From: Candidatus Poribacteria bacterium
Lineage (GTDB): Bacteria > Poribacteria > WGA-4E > WGA-3G
DNA: 64,000 bases
NCBI GenBank assembly: GCA_965198235.1
Contig: OZ240248.1
Coordinates: 192,001 to 256,000 of the forward strand
Reading direction: 5' to 3'
Shown here: in pieces, positions 20,533 through 31,168 of the stretch
Position numbering within the stretch: the first letter of the stretch is position 1
Layout of the letters: every line of letters starts with the position of its first letter
Program-made: the position numbers and the translations under genes
Notes under the pieces: generated by a model
Database searches by the model: none
Told to the model about the DNA's origin: nothing
The model's input: the letters and a program-made list of their open reading frames with translations, nothing else

Positions 20533-20791
20533 TTTATCCTCCACGTCCAGTCGCTATCCCCTTCAGCAGACCTTTCGGAGTCGTTCGTAGGTTCCCGAAA
20601 CTTGTGCTGAAGAAATCAGACTATAGTCCCGTAAACTGGTTCAGACGTTCTTGAATATACTTTAACCGACTTTCTCTAAAAAATGCAACCCTTTTTTCTT
20701 GTTAACAAATCGGTTTTCAGGTATCATAAAAATACAAATACAGTCCATCGACTATTTTTCAGAATAAATTTCTGCTGAGTTACACAAGCGT

Positions 20792-21937
20792 ATGAAGTTC
20801 AGTGGACGTACCCTTTTCAATAACACCCCTATCGAAATCGTCCTTACTGGCGGGCGCGTTCAAACAATTTGCGAAGTCCGCTCCGTCAACAGCAACACAT
20901 GGATCGCACCTGCATTGATAGATATTCAGGTGAACGGTTTCGCTGGATTCGACCTCAATGTCGCTACCGTTACGTCGGAAGATGTGTCTGCGATGATCCG
21001 CGCCCTCTGGCGGGTCGGCACCGGCTTCCTGTGTCCAACAGTCGTGACAGGTTCTTTCGAGGGAATTAGCAACTCCCTTCGTGCTGTTCTAAAAGCGTGT
21101 GAAGCGGATTCACTTGTCGTCCACTCGGTGCTTGGAATTCATCTTGAAGGACCCTATATCTCCTCTGAGGATGGACCGCGCGGGGCACATCCGTTAGAGC
21201 ATGTTAGAAAGCCAGATTGGGACGAATTTCAGCGGTGGCAGGACATTGCCGAAGGGCAAATCACCATCGTAACTTTGGCACCTGAGAAAAAGGGTGCCAT
21301 TCCGTTTATTGAAAAACTGGTTGCAAATGGGATTGTCGTCGCATTGGGACATACAGATGCTTCGGCGGACGATATTCAAGCGGCGATTGATGCTGGCGCG
21401 AGACTCTCCACACACCTCGGCAATGGTGCGCATGCCTTCATCCGGCGACATCCGAATTATATTTGGGAACAACTCGGTGCTGATGAACTCTGGGCAAGCC
21501 TTATTGTTGATGGACATCACCTACCGCCTACCGTCGCCAAGTCAATGATGCGTGCCAAGACGCTTGATCGGTGCCTCCTTGTCAGCGATGCTGTCGCTTT
21601 AGCTGGAATGAAACCCGGTGTCTATCAGTTTGCCGGAAAATCGGTGGAGTTGACCGCGGAGCGGTGTGTCCGATTGGTCGGGACAGAGTATCTCGCCGGT
21701 TCTGCCATTGAATTGGCACGTGGCATTGAGAATAGCATCCGGTTTGCGGGTATCTCCCTCGAGGAAGCGGTTTCACTCGCCACGCTGCAACCGATGCGTC
21801 TCCTTAACGCGAAAAAACGCGTAGAGGCAGAGACGAACCTGATTCTCTTTGAATGGGACGCAGCGCAATGCGAAATCAATCTGCTGGCGACAATTATTGG
21901 AAACGAATTGGTGTATCATGCGGAGGCAGAGCAGTGA
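20792..21937 (+). CDS. nagA: N-acetylglucosamine-6-phosphate deacetylase
   Basis: DIQVNG, GIHLEGPYIS..GAH, TLAPE, THLGNG, DGHH, LAGS. Confidence 0.85.
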   Translation: MKFSGRTLFNNTPIEIVLTGGRVQTICEVRSVNSNTWIAPALIDIQVNGFAGFDLNVATVTSEDVSAMIRALWRVGTGFLCPTVVTGSFEGISNSLRAVLKACEADSLVVHSVLGIHLEGPYISSEDGPRGAHPLEHVRKPDWDEFQRWQDIAEGQITIVTLAPEKKGAIPFIEKLVANGIVVALGHTDASADDIQAAIDAGARLSTHLGNGAHAFIRRHPNYIWEQLGADELWASLIVDGHHLPPTVAKSMMRAKTLDRCLLVSDAVALAGMKPGVYQFAGKSVELTAERCVRLVGTEYLAGSAIELARGIENSIRFAGISLEEAVSLATLQPMRLLNAKKRVEAETNLILFEWDAAQCEINLLATIIGNELVYHAEAEQ

Positions 21938-23520
21938 GGCAGATGTGGAATGATCCCAAAAGTGCTCTCGGAAGAAAAGGTTGGGTTGTACGGAGTCTTT
22001 TCGCTTTCTGCTTCACGGTGTCCGTTGCCGCACAGCAAACCGATCAAGGGGCTGAGTACTACGCACGCGGGATGCGCGCACTGCAGTTAGGGCTTTACGA
22101 TGAAGCCGTCGATGCCTTTCAACAGGTCTTGCAATTGAACCCGCAAAACGCCGAGGCGCATTGTGAACTCGGCGCGGTTTACAGGTTCAAGGAAAAAACT
22201 GATAATGCCTTGGATGCATATCTCCGCGCTTTGGAATTACCTGCCTCACCTCAAACACACGGTGTTGCCCATGTCTGTCTGGCGCGGCTTTACCATTCGC
22301 AAGGCAGGTTTGTAGACGCAGAAAAACATGGGCGACACGCTGTCGATCTACTCTCCAAAAATGCAGAGCCTTTTTTTCGGCTCGCCGATACATACGTGCA
22401 AAGAGGAAAGTTAGCGTTAGCGAAACGGGCGTATCAGCAGGCACTCACCCTGAATGCAAACCTTTCACCGGCCTATCAAGGATTGGGCAAGATCGCGTTC
22501 CTGCAGAACAGATTAGAGGAAGCCGTGCAATATTACCAGAAGGCACTTACGCTCGCACCATATCACGCCGAGACCCATTACAACCTTGCGATCGTTTATC
22601 GGCGTTTGGGACGGAGTTCGGAAGGTAATGTTGCAAAACAGAATCTGGTAGAAGCGAAAAATTTGATGACATCTTTCCAACAAGTGAAAACCTATAACGA
22701 ACAAACAAACCGGTATCGCAGACTCTTGCTGGAGCAACCGACTGCCTTGGAGCCACGCGTTAAGTTGGCAAAAGCACACATTGAGATTGGTAACCGTGCG
22801 GAAGCAATTCGCGCCTATAAAACTGCTATTGCGTTGCATCCCAAAGTCCTTCCGCTTTACCACAATTTGGGTGGACTCTACATGCAGGCAGGTCAGTTGA
22901 CAGAAGCAGTTGCAGCGTTTCAGCACGTCATTCAGCTTGATGATACCGACTCGGAAGCGTATCTTCACCTCGGTTGGCTGCACGCTCACCAACGCAAATT
23001 CACTGATGCTCAGGCTTACCTTCTAACGGCGATTCAACGAGATAAAAATTTAATCTCTGCATACTATGGGCTCGCAGAGGTCTACGCGCAACAGCGTCTG
23101 TTTGCCGACGCGATTGCTGTTTACCAACAACTAACGTCTATCCATCCGCATGAAGCACAGGCATGGGTGCGACAGGGGGTGCTGCATCTCAAACGGCAGC
23201 AGATCTCAGATGCTATTTTCGCTTTTACACAAGCAATTGCTGTAGATGAAAACTCCGCAGATGCACATAACAATCTCGCATGGCTCTATGCAACACAAGG
23301 CGAACAGTTGAAGCGTGCCGTTGAATTGGCGGAACGCGCTGTCGCGTTAGATGCGAATGCTTCGCGCTTGGATACGCTCGCCTATGCATACTATCGCTAC
23401 GGTGCGTATGCGAAAGCCGAAGGGGCTATCTCACGCGCAATCAACTTAGAACCAAACAATACCGCCTACAAAGACCGTTTGAACGAGATTCAGCAGGCGA
23501 TGGAGGCTTCGCAAAAGTGA
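21934..23520 (+). CDS. Secreted tetratricopeptide repeat protein
   Basis: Many TPR units; GTG start overlaps the nagA stop, RBS GGAGG. Confidence 0.85.
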   Translation: MRQMWNDPKSALGRKGWVVRSLFAFCFTVSVAAQQTDQGAEYYARGMRALQLGLYDEAVDAFQQVLQLNPQNAEAHCELGAVYRFKEKTDNALDAYLRALELPASPQTHGVAHVCLARLYHSQGRFVDAEKHGRHAVDLLSKNAEPFFRLADTYVQRGKLALAKRAYQQALTLNANLSPAYQGLGKIAFLQNRLEEAVQYYQKALTLAPYHAETHYNLAIVYRRLGRSSEGNVAKQNLVEAKNLMTSFQQVKTYNEQTNRYRRLLLEQPTALEPRVKLAKAHIEIGNRAEAIRAYKTAIALHPKVLPLYHNLGGLYMQAGQLTEAVAAFQHVIQLDDTDSEAYLHLGWLHAHQRKFTDAQAYLLTAIQRDKNLISAYYGLAEVYAQQRLFADAIAVYQQLTSIHPHEAQAWVRQGVLHLKRQQISDAIFAFTQAIAVDENSADAHNNLAWLYATQGEQLKRAVELAERAVALDANASRLDTLAYAYYRYGAYAKAEGAISRAINLEPNNTAYKDRLNEIQQAMEASQK

Positions 23521-25190
23521 TGATATGTAGTCTCCGTTTTTCTTTGCTGATATATGCGTTTTTCGTAGTGTCTGTAGCGTCTGCTGTCACTTTTGTTGAA
23601 GTAGCTGAAGAGTCTGGGATTCACTTCAAGCATACCGATGGTGAAAGTGGCAAACGTCTCTTCAACGAACAATACGGGTCGGGTGGCGGTTTCTTCGATT
23701 ACGATAACGACGGATACCTTGATATCTATCTTATCAATGCTCGTCCGCAAGGGGAACAGACGAACCTATCACTACCTACAAACATCCTCTATCACAACAA
23801 TAGCGATGGCTCTTTTACGGATGTCACCAGCATCGCAGGCATGGGCGATACCCGTTACGGTGTCGGGGCAACCACCGGCGATTACGATAACGATGGCGAC
23901 ACAGACCTCTATTTAACGAACTTCGGCGACAATGCGCTTTATCGTAATAACGGGGATGGCACCTTCACGGATGTTGCAGCGTCCGCACAGGTCGCAGATG
24001 CCGGATGGGGAACGAGTTGTGCTTTTGCCGATTTCGACAACGATGGATTTCTTGAACTCTATGTGAGCAATTATGCGAAATACACCCTTGATATAGATAA
24101 ACTGTGTTATCGACACGGCATTGCTGTTTACTGTGGTCCGAGTTCCTATCCGCCTCAGCAGGATCTGTTTTATCATAACAACGGGGATGGCACTTTTGTG
24201 AATCTAACCGAACAGAGCGGTTTGTTAAGCGTCCCCGCTGCGCATGGTCTTGGTGTTGCTATTGGGGACAGCGATAACGATGGTGATGCTGATATCTACG
24301 TCGCCAACGATCAGGATTTCAATTTCCTCTTTGAAAACCGGGGCAACGGCACCTTTGAAGAGGCTGGATTGCTCTCCGGTGTTAGCTGCAGCGATATGGG
24401 AAAAGCAGAAGCTGGGATGGGAGTCGCTTTTGCAGACTACGACAATGATGGTAAGCTGGATCTCACCGTCAGCAACTTTCAGAACGAGACGAATACCCTC
24501 TATCACAATGAAGGGGACAACTTTTTCATTGATGCCACGATTCCCGCTGGTGTTGCTGAACACACACACCGCTATCTCGGGTGGGGTATCGGTTTTTTCG
24601 ATTACGATAATGACGGTTACAAAGATATATTCGTCGCAAACGGACATACCATGGATAACATCGCGGAGGTTGATCGGTCCACGACCACGCCACAACAGAA
24701 CCTACTTTTTCGGAATTTGGGCAATGGGCGATTTGCGGATGTTACAGCACAGATGGGAGAAGGCTTCGCACTACGTAAAACAAGCCGTGCAGCCGCTTTC
24801 GGAGATTATGACAACGATGGTGATATTGATATCCTCGTTACGAACTGGAATCAGACCGTCGATCTCCTGAGAAATGATGGCGGGAATCGAAACAATTGGA
24901 TACAGGTGCAAGCGGTCGGGACCAAAAGCAACCGCTCCGGTATCGGCGCACGTATCAAAGTTGTCTTCCGGACATTCGGTGGGGACGAACTCACACAGTA
25001 TGCAGAGGTGAAGAGTAGTGGAAGTTATCTCGCATTCGGTGACTTGCGTGTTCACTTCGGACTGAAAGATGCTGAAAGCATCGACTTATTGGAAATTCGT
25101 TGGAACAGCGGAACCGTTGATACTGCAACCAATCTTTCGGTAAATCGACTATTTATCGCAATTGAAGATAAAGAAATTACTTCGGAATAA
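23517..25190 (+). CDS. CRTAC1 family protein (FG-GAP repeats + ASPIC/UnbV)
   Basis: Repeated DYDNDGxxD and N.GDGTF; C-terminal SNRSGIGARI..HFGL. Confidence 0.88.
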   Translation: MMICSLRFSLLIYAFFVVSVASAVTFVEVAEESGIHFKHTDGESGKRLFNEQYGSGGGFFDYDNDGYLDIYLINARPQGEQTNLSLPTNILYHNNSDGSFTDVTSIAGMGDTRYGVGATTGDYDNDGDTDLYLTNFGDNALYRNNGDGTFTDVAASAQVADAGWGTSCAFADFDNDGFLELYVSNYAKYTLDIDKLCYRHGIAVYCGPSSYPPQQDLFYHNNGDGTFVNLTEQSGLLSVPAAHGLGVAIGDSDNDGDADIYVANDQDFNFLFENRGNGTFEEAGLLSGVSCSDMGKAEAGMGVAFADYDNDGKLDLTVSNFQNETNTLYHNEGDNFFIDATIPAGVAEHTHRYLGWGIGFFDYDNDGYKDIFVANGHTMDNIAEVDRSTTTPQQNLLFRNLGNGRFADVTAQMGEGFALRKTSRAAAFGDYDNDGDIDILVTNWNQTVDLLRNDGGNRNNWIQVQAVGTKSNRSGIGARIKVVFRTFGGDELTQYAEVKSSGSYLAFGDLRVHFGLKDAESIDLLEIRWNSGTVDTATNLSVNRLFIAIEDKEITSE

Positions 25191-25328
25191 AAATTTTGTT
25201 TTTTTGTTGAAAAAATAGTGAAATTATGTATAATAAAGATATGGCGTACAGGAACTTACGCAAATGTTTCTTTGCGTAAATCGTTTGTGTCAATTCTAAT
25301 GTAAGTTTTAAATAGGAGGAAAATTGTA

Positions 25329-26159
25329 ATGAAACCGGTTCTTGTAATACTTGCCACCGCTGTGCTGGCAATTGGCATTTCGGTTTCTGCGTACGCAGAC
25401 ATAAATAAGGGGATCGTCGCTGCCTGGACATTTGACGATGGGAAGGTAACGGATGTCGTTGGGGATGCACACGGCGAACTCTTTAAGGCTGCCAAAATTG
25501 CCGATAAGGGCAAATATGGTAAGGCATTGGACGTGGATGGTAGTAAAGACACACGTGCGGACATTGAGTTCAATGCTGACCTTGAGAAAATTATTGAGGG
25601 ACCACATACCGTTGCTTATTGGCTCTACGTCCGAAACGGCGCAAATCACTCTGGTGTCTGGAAGGGCGAGAAGGTCGGATGGGGGGCGTTCTTCACCTTT
25701 CGTATGGTGACGACCAGTAGTACCGGTCTGACCTGGGGAACAACAAATGGCGGATCTGAAAACTGGTTCGCGACGGATGGTGCCATTGAAGCCGAGAAGT
25801 GGTTCCTTCTCTGCCAGACGGCGGATGGTGAAGAAGCCATAGGGTATGTGGCTCTGGACGGTAAGGTGCCAGAAATACCTGTCAGTGGTCAACAGAACCC
25901 GCATATCGCACCGGAACCTTACAACCTGTTTCCAGACCGACCTTTGGAACTCGGTGCGGGACGGCAAATTGGTGGTAATCAAGGAAACGATATGTTCCTT
26001 GATGGAATGATCGACGATGTCATCATCTGGGATCGCGCCTTATCGGAAGACGAGGTTGCTGATCTCGCGAAAGGCCAGCCCAGTCAGGGGCTCGCTGTCA
26101 AAGCGGAAGGCAAATTAGCCACTACCTGGGGGAAGGTCAAATCCTATCACCATCGTTAA
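25329..26159 (+). CDS. Secreted LamG-like jellyroll protein with TTWG tail
   Basis: Signal peptide, AWTFDDG, GMIDDVIIWDRALS, GKLATTWG. Confidence 0.85.
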   Translation: MKPVLVILATAVLAIGISVSAYADINKGIVAAWTFDDGKVTDVVGDAHGELFKAAKIADKGKYGKALDVDGSKDTRADIEFNADLEKIIEGPHTVAYWLYVRNGANHSGVWKGEKVGWGAFFTFRMVTTSSTGLTWGTTNGGSENWFATDGAIEAEKWFLLCQTADGEEAIGYVALDGKVPEIPVSGQQNPHIAPEPYNLFPDRPLELGAGRQIGGNQGNDMFLDGMIDDVIIWDRALSEDEVADLAKGQPSQGLAVKAEGKLATTWGKVKSYHHR

Positions 26160-26248
26160 GTACAATTAACGGTCTAAAGAACAGCGCGAGTTTGTGAGAT
26201 TCTATCGCAAACCCGCTCAGTTAGATTAAAACGATAAGGAGCTTTATT

Positions 26249-27094
26249 ATGAAGCAAATTTGTCTGTTTTTCATTTTAGCACTTATGGTATTCAGTGCCA
26301 ACAGTTACGCTGAACTTGAAGATGGTCTCGTCTCTGCTTGGAACTTTGACGATGGCTCGGCGAACGATTCCGTCGGAAGTAACGACGGCGAATTTGTGAA
26401 CGGTGCTAGCACCACAGGCGCGGAATTCGGCATGGCACTCACCCTTGAGAATCCCGAGAACCCGGCAACCGGTGAAGACACTGGACAGTACGTCGCAATC
26501 CCGTCATCACCAAGCCTTGAAAAAGAAAACGGTATCTTCTCTGTCTCCTTGTGGGTCTACGTCAATACTGGCGGCGGTAGGAACCACGCTGCGATGTTCT
26601 TCAAAGGCAACAAGGTCGGTTGGGGTGATCACTTCATGATACGGATGTGTACCACGAGTGACACCAACATGACCTGGGGCAGCTGTTGGGCAGGTAGCGA
26701 AGGTTGGTTCGCCACCAACGATGTTTACGAAGTAGAGGAATGGGTTCACGTCGCTTATGTTGTTGATGGTGAGGAAGCGACAGCGTATGTGACCTCCTCT
26801 GTTACCGGTGATACTGTCGTCCCCGCCAGTGGACAGTCCAATCCGAGAGCAATTACCACGCCGCTGCTGACGTTCCCAGAGCGTCCGGTTGAACTCGGTG
26901 TCGGACGACAAGTCGGTGGTACTGCCGGCAATGACTTCTGGATTGATGGTATGATTGACGAAGTCTACTTCTGGGAACGGGCTCTCAGTGAGGACGAAGT
27001 AAAGGAACTCGCTGATGGTGCACTTCTCGGTGCCGTCGCTGTGGAAGCACAAGGCAAACTCGCTACCACGTGGGCGCACATCAAGAAACGCTAA
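26249..27094 (+). CDS. Secreted LamG-like protein (tandem paralog) with TTWA tail
   Basis: AWNFDDG, GMIDEVYFWERALS, GKLATTWA. Confidence 0.85.
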   Translation: MKQICLFFILALMVFSANSYAELEDGLVSAWNFDDGSANDSVGSNDGEFVNGASTTGAEFGMALTLENPENPATGEDTGQYVAIPSSPSLEKENGIFSVSLWVYVNTGGGRNHAAMFFKGNKVGWGDHFMIRMCTTSDTNMTWGSCWAGSEGWFATNDVYEVEEWVHVAYVVDGEEATAYVTSSVTGDTVVPASGQSNPRAITTPLLTFPERPVELGVGRQVGGTAGNDFWIDGMIDEVYFWERALSEDEVKELADGALLGAVAVEAQGKLATTWAHIKKR

Positions 27095-27108
27095 GTATTA
27101 TTAACCCG

Positions 27109-27153
27109 AAACAGAAAGGCTCCGGATTTCACGAATCCAGAGCCTTTTTGTTT
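27109..27153 (+). terminator. Rho-independent terminator
   Basis: AAAGGCTC..GGATT-loop-AATCC..GAGCCTTTTTGTTT. Confidence 0.75.
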
Positions 27154-27185
27154 ATTAAATACCACAGTATCGGAGGAGATACGCG

Positions 27186-27572
27186 ATGGATGGGTATTAC
27201 GGCATTGGGGAAGTTTTCGTTAAAGTTGCAAACCTTGAGCGAGCAGCGGAGTTTTACCGAGATCTGCTCGGATTTGAAGTCGTGGAACGCAACAATCAGC
27301 AGCTTTATATCTATTTAGCAAGTGGACATCTTGTCCTCAAGGAAGCCGGAAGTCCCGGGCATGATGCAGGTGGACCCATGCACTTCGCTTTTGTGACAAG
27401 CACAGAACGGATTAACCAACTCGTCGAACAATTCGCAACTTTACCTTATCGCACTCGCGGTCCCTTTGATTTTGATGACCCGATCGGCAAATGTCGGGCT
27501 TTCTTCATCTTTGATCCGGACGGAAACGAAATTGAGTTTAATGATCTCTACTGTCCAGACAATTCGACTTAG
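27186..27572 (+). CDS. VOC/glyoxalase family protein
   Basis: LERAAEFYRDLLGF, HFAF, FDPDGNEIE. Confidence 0.85.
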   Translation: MDGYYGIGEVFVKVANLERAAEFYRDLLGFEVVERNNQQLYIYLASGHLVLKEAGSPGHDAGGPMHFAFVTSTERINQLVEQFATLPYRTRGPFDFDDPIGKCRAFFIFDPDGNEIEFNDLYCPDNST

Positions 27573-27604
27573 GAACTGTTACCGTATCATGAGGAAAACC
27601 TAAA

Positions 27605-28399
27605 ATGCTGACCCGTTCAGAAATCGATGCTTTTGTTGAAGATGGCTATATTGTTCGTAGGGACGCGCTTTCCGAAACAGACCTCCAATCCTATCGGCGT
27701 GCAATTGATCGCGTCCTCCATAAGTGCCGTGTTGAAGGGTTACACGCCGATCACCTACGCTATATAGACGGCGAACGCGATGACATCTGGGGTGTCAATA
27801 ACATTTTTCACCCAAGCGTTCGTGAGCAAGCACTTGTTGACGCGCTGTCACACCCGCAGATATTAGATGTCATTGAAGCACTTATTGGGCAAAGGTTAAG
27901 GTATCACCTCTGCACTCTTCTCGTCAGTTCTGAACGGAAACCGTATCACATCAACTGGCATCGGGATGCCGCATCCGATGGAGAAGTGCCGCTTGAGACC
28001 CTCCGCCGTCGTCTCAGAAGCCACGTTCAACTCAACGGTGCCCTTTATGACGATGAGACCCTTCACATTGTACCGGGTAGCCACCGACGCGAACTCACAG
28101 ATGCTGAACGCACTGTCATACGACAGACACCAAAGGCAGCGATGCCCAACGAACTCATAGTCAAACTGAAAACCGGGGACATCGTCTTTTACAATTCAAG
28201 TCTGCTTCACAAAGGATGCAACCTTACGGACTCAAAGCGGCAGACGCTTCACTACGCTGTTCTCACTGCACCGCCGGAGAACGAACCCCCGAATCCACAG
28301 AGTCCGACCAGTCAGGAATGGCTCAACGAACCCACTTTTTTAGGAAGCCTCCCCGAACGACTCAAACTGCTTTTTGACAATTGGTTAAAATATGGATAA
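27605..28399 (+). CDS. PhyH family dioxygenase
   Basis: WHRD, IVPGSH, LLHKG. Confidence 0.85.
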   Translation: MLTRSEIDAFVEDGYIVRRDALSETDLQSYRRAIDRVLHKCRVEGLHADHLRYIDGERDDIWGVNNIFHPSVREQALVDALSHPQILDVIEALIGQRLRYHLCTLLVSSERKPYHINWHRDAASDGEVPLETLRRRLRSHVQLNGALYDDETLHIVPGSHRRELTDAERTVIRQTPKAAMPNELIVKLKTGDIVFYNSSLLHKGCNLTDSKRQTLHYAVLTAPPENEPPNPQSPTSQEWLNEPTFLGSLPERLKLLFDNWLKYG

Positions 28400-28432
28400 C
28401 TATCTCAGAGGTTCTTCTGTTACGCTGTACCC

Positions 28433-29173
28433 TTAAGTTTTATGGCAAATCATCGCGGTGACCCAACAGAATCGTTTGAAGAATGGAAGGCATTTGAGGA
28501 GAGATGTATCAATCGCTTTGAGGATGCGGAGGCTCCACCGATAAAATAGTGGGATAGAAATGCATTTCTGCCAGAACAATGCACCCACTGCGGAGAGATG
28601 AAACTCACGATGCTCCAACTTATCAAATTCAGTACCGACCGTTTCGATGTCCCTTACTGCAAAATAACGCAGCTTGCCGGAATACTTCAGGAACATTTTC
28701 CGATACAACCACACCATCGGATGATAGCGCATATTTTCCATGAAAATCACCTTGCCCCCCGGCTTGAGAACGCGGTAGCACTCTTTTGCAGTTTGCCGAT
28801 GATCTGTGAAAACCAATACGGATTTAGAGATGATAAAATCGAAGGTATTTTCAGGAAAGGCGAGGTGCGTCGCGTCCACCAGTGCGAAATTAACTGCCTC
28901 AGCGACGTTGTGTTCCACTGCTCGCGCCTGCGCTTCAGCGAGTCGAAAAGGCAGTAAATCTATTCCGACGACAAAAGCACCCCGTTTCGCCAACAGCGTC
29001 GCAGTGCCTCCTGTACCGGTACCGAGTTCAAGAACCTTTTTCCCTTCCAACGTCCCCATTTTCGGAAGGACGTACTCGAAAACGGGGAGGTAGAAATCTT
29101 CCCACCAGAGCAAAAGGTCTGTCTCAACAGTATCGGAACGACCGGTAGGTCGCTGTCCTTTAAGTGTCAACAT
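28433..29173 (-). CDS. Class I SAM-dependent methyltransferase
   Basis: VLELGTGTG and RVLKPGG motifs; start uncertain. Confidence 0.8.
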   Translation of the reverse strand: MLTLKGQRPTGRSDTVETDLLLWWEDFYLPVFEYVLPKMGTLEGKKVLELGTGTGGTATLLAKRGAFVVGIDLLPFRLAEAQARAVEHNVAEAVNFALVDATHLAFPENTFDFIISKSVLVFTDHRQTAKECYRVLKPGGKVIFMENMRYHPMVWLYRKMFLKYSGKLRYFAVRDIETVGTEFDKLEHREFHLSAVGALFWQKCISIPLFYRWSLRILKAIDTSLLKCLPFFKRFCWVTAMICHKT

Positions 29174-29281
29174 ATTTTTGGATTTTAGCATAAAAAGCGC
29201 GTAGCTTGAAACGAAGTGGAAAGCGGGTCTACGGGAAGGCACTTTCAATCCGCAACCCGCCTCAACGAACCGCAAGGAAAA

Positions 29282-30043
29282 TTAAGAAATTTTCCCCATT
29301 TTTCGTAGATTTTCGATGCAGCGTTCAGCGCATTCAATAGGCGGGTAGGCGTAACTTTCCTGCTCAACAATGTACCATTCGGTGCCACCGACGGTTTCAC
29401 AGGCGTGGAACACAGCATCCCACGGAATTTCACCTTCACCGACGTTTGCCTTATCATTCGTGGCGGAATACTCTTTAAGGTGCACCAATTTCGATCTGCC
29501 CGGATAGCGTTCAATAAACGACACAGGATCAGCACCGGCGCGAAGGGCATGACCGATGTCAATTTGCATCACGACATCGTCGCCGGTGTTACCACCAAAC
29601 GTATCCCACGGGAGTTTACCTTCCATGGGTTCAAATTCACCGGTGTGGTTGTGGTAACCGGTAAACATCCCTTGGTCAGCGATTTTTTCGGCAATATCGT
29701 TGAGGAGTTTTGCTGTGTCGAGCCATGCCTGCTGTGAACTTCGGTACTCTTCAGGGAGTCCGGGGACAATCAGATACGGATTGCCGAGCCCCTTGTTGAA
29801 CTCAACCGTTTTGGCGAGTTCGTCACCGAGAAGTGTGTCTATCCCTGTATGCGTCCCGGCAACTTTCAATCCGAGGTCATCACACATCCCGCGTAATTCT
29901 TCGGCAGTCCGGTCATAGTAACCGGCAAACTCAACACCCTCATAACCCATCTGTGCAACCGCTTGGAGCGTTAAAGATAGGTCGCCTGCACAATCATCTC
30001 TAACGGAATACAGTTGTAACGCAATCGGAATTCTATTGCTCAT
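29282..30043 (-). CDS. Sugar phosphate isomerase/epimerase (TIM barrel)
   Basis: LQLYSVRD, YHNH..EF, QIDIGH, WYIVEQE. Confidence 0.85.
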   Translation of the reverse strand: MSNRIPIALQLYSVRDDCAGDLSLTLQAVAQMGYEGVEFAGYYDRTAEELRGMCDDLGLKVAGTHTGIDTLLGDELAKTVEFNKGLGNPYLIVPGLPEEYRSSQQAWLDTAKLLNDIAEKIADQGMFTGYHNHTGEFEPMEGKLPWDTFGGNTGDDVVMQIDIGHALRAGADPVSFIERYPGRSKLVHLKEYSATNDKANVGEGEIPWDAVFHACETVGGTEWYIVEQESYAYPPIECAERCIENLRKMGKIS

Positions 30044-30096
30044 AAAGCTCTCCTGACGTTCCTATGGGCGCGGTCTGAAACCGCACCCGTAACACT

Positions 30097-31116
30097 TTAC
30101 GACATCGGTAAGTTCACGACTTGTCCGCTATCTGCTGACACCAGCCCGGCTTCGAGGATTTCTTGGGCATCCCGACTCACTTTGGCACTACACAGTCCTT
30201 CGATCGGTTCGCCTGTCTCTAAGCAGTGAATGAAGTATTCCGCAGCGCTGCGTTTGCCTTCAGCGAGTGGTTCAGGCGTTATCACTTGGGCATCACCATC
30301 AGCCGGATGCAAATGAACTTCGTTACCGCTTACCATCAACGCCCCCTCAGTGCCATAAACCACTGGATTCGGTGTGATATAGCCAACCTTTTGGGTCCAA
30401 GATGCTTCCGTGAGTCCGAAGGCATTACCATATTTCATGAGAATGACGGCATTATCATCAGGAATCGGGTAGTCCTTGACGAAGGTGCCACGGAACGCTG
30501 TTACCTGCTGTGGCAGACCGAGGAGGTACGCACACATATCAGCACAATAACAGCAGTAATCCATCAACGCACCCGCACCATTTTTTTCTTCATCGTAGAG
30601 CCACTCATAGAAGTAGCGAGAGCATCCAATTTCCATCGGTCCGTTGTGCGCGGAACGCCACTTGAAATAGAAAATGTCGCCAATCTCGCCATCTTTGATG
30701 AGATTCATTGCGGTGTTGAGCACTGGACTCCATGCCGTGGGCCAGTTCACCATCAATAAGGTGCCAGCGTTCTCCGCGGCGGCAAGCATCCGATCTGCTT
30801 GCGAGAGTCGCGCCGCCATCGGCTTTTCGGATACGACGTGGATACCTTTCGCCGCTGCAGCCTCGACGATGTCAACTCCAGCGTTGTTCTCCGCTGACGC
30901 TTGGACAATATCTAATTCCTCTTTCTCCACCATTTCTTGCCAAGAGTTATAGACATTCTCGATACCGACTTCTGCGCTGAACTGGGCGCGCAATTCCGCA
31001 TTGACATCGCCTGCGGCGACAATTTCAACGTTTGGATGTGCTTTCCAGTCGCGAAGTTCACCCCATACATGGTCATGCACGAGAGACGCGAAGCCGATGC
31101 GATACGTTTTTGCCAT
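30097..31116 (-). CDS. Gfo/Idh/MocA oxidoreductase
   Basis: HVVSEKPMA and GAGALMD motifs. Confidence 0.85.
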   Translation of the reverse strand: MAKTYRIGFASLVHDHVWGELRDWKAHPNVEIVAAGDVNAELRAQFSAEVGIENVYNSWQEMVEKEELDIVQASAENNAGVDIVEAAAAKGIHVVSEKPMAARLSQADRMLAAAENAGTLLMVNWPTAWSPVLNTAMNLIKDGEIGDIFYFKWRSAHNGPMEIGCSRYFYEWLYDEEKNGAGALMDYCCYCADMCAYLLGLPQQVTAFRGTFVKDYPIPDDNAVILMKYGNAFGLTEASWTQKVGYITPNPVVYGTEGALMVSGNEVHLHPADGDAQVITPEPLAEGKRSAAEYFIHCLETGEPIEGLCSAKVSRDAQEILEAGLVSADSGQVVNLPMS

Positions 31117-31168
31117 TAATCATGCCTCCTGTGGACGCGCTTGGAACGCGCGATCTTCTTGAAATTGT

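Noticed and set aside
20682-20730. AAATGCAACCCTTTT as another copy of the ECF-type motif
   Set aside because: No GTCT/ATCT box at the 24-25 nt spacing
25308-25982. 224-aa minus-strand ORF (also 26507-27079, 24244-24870, 7114-7725)
   Set aside because: Overlap well-supported genes and show no domain features
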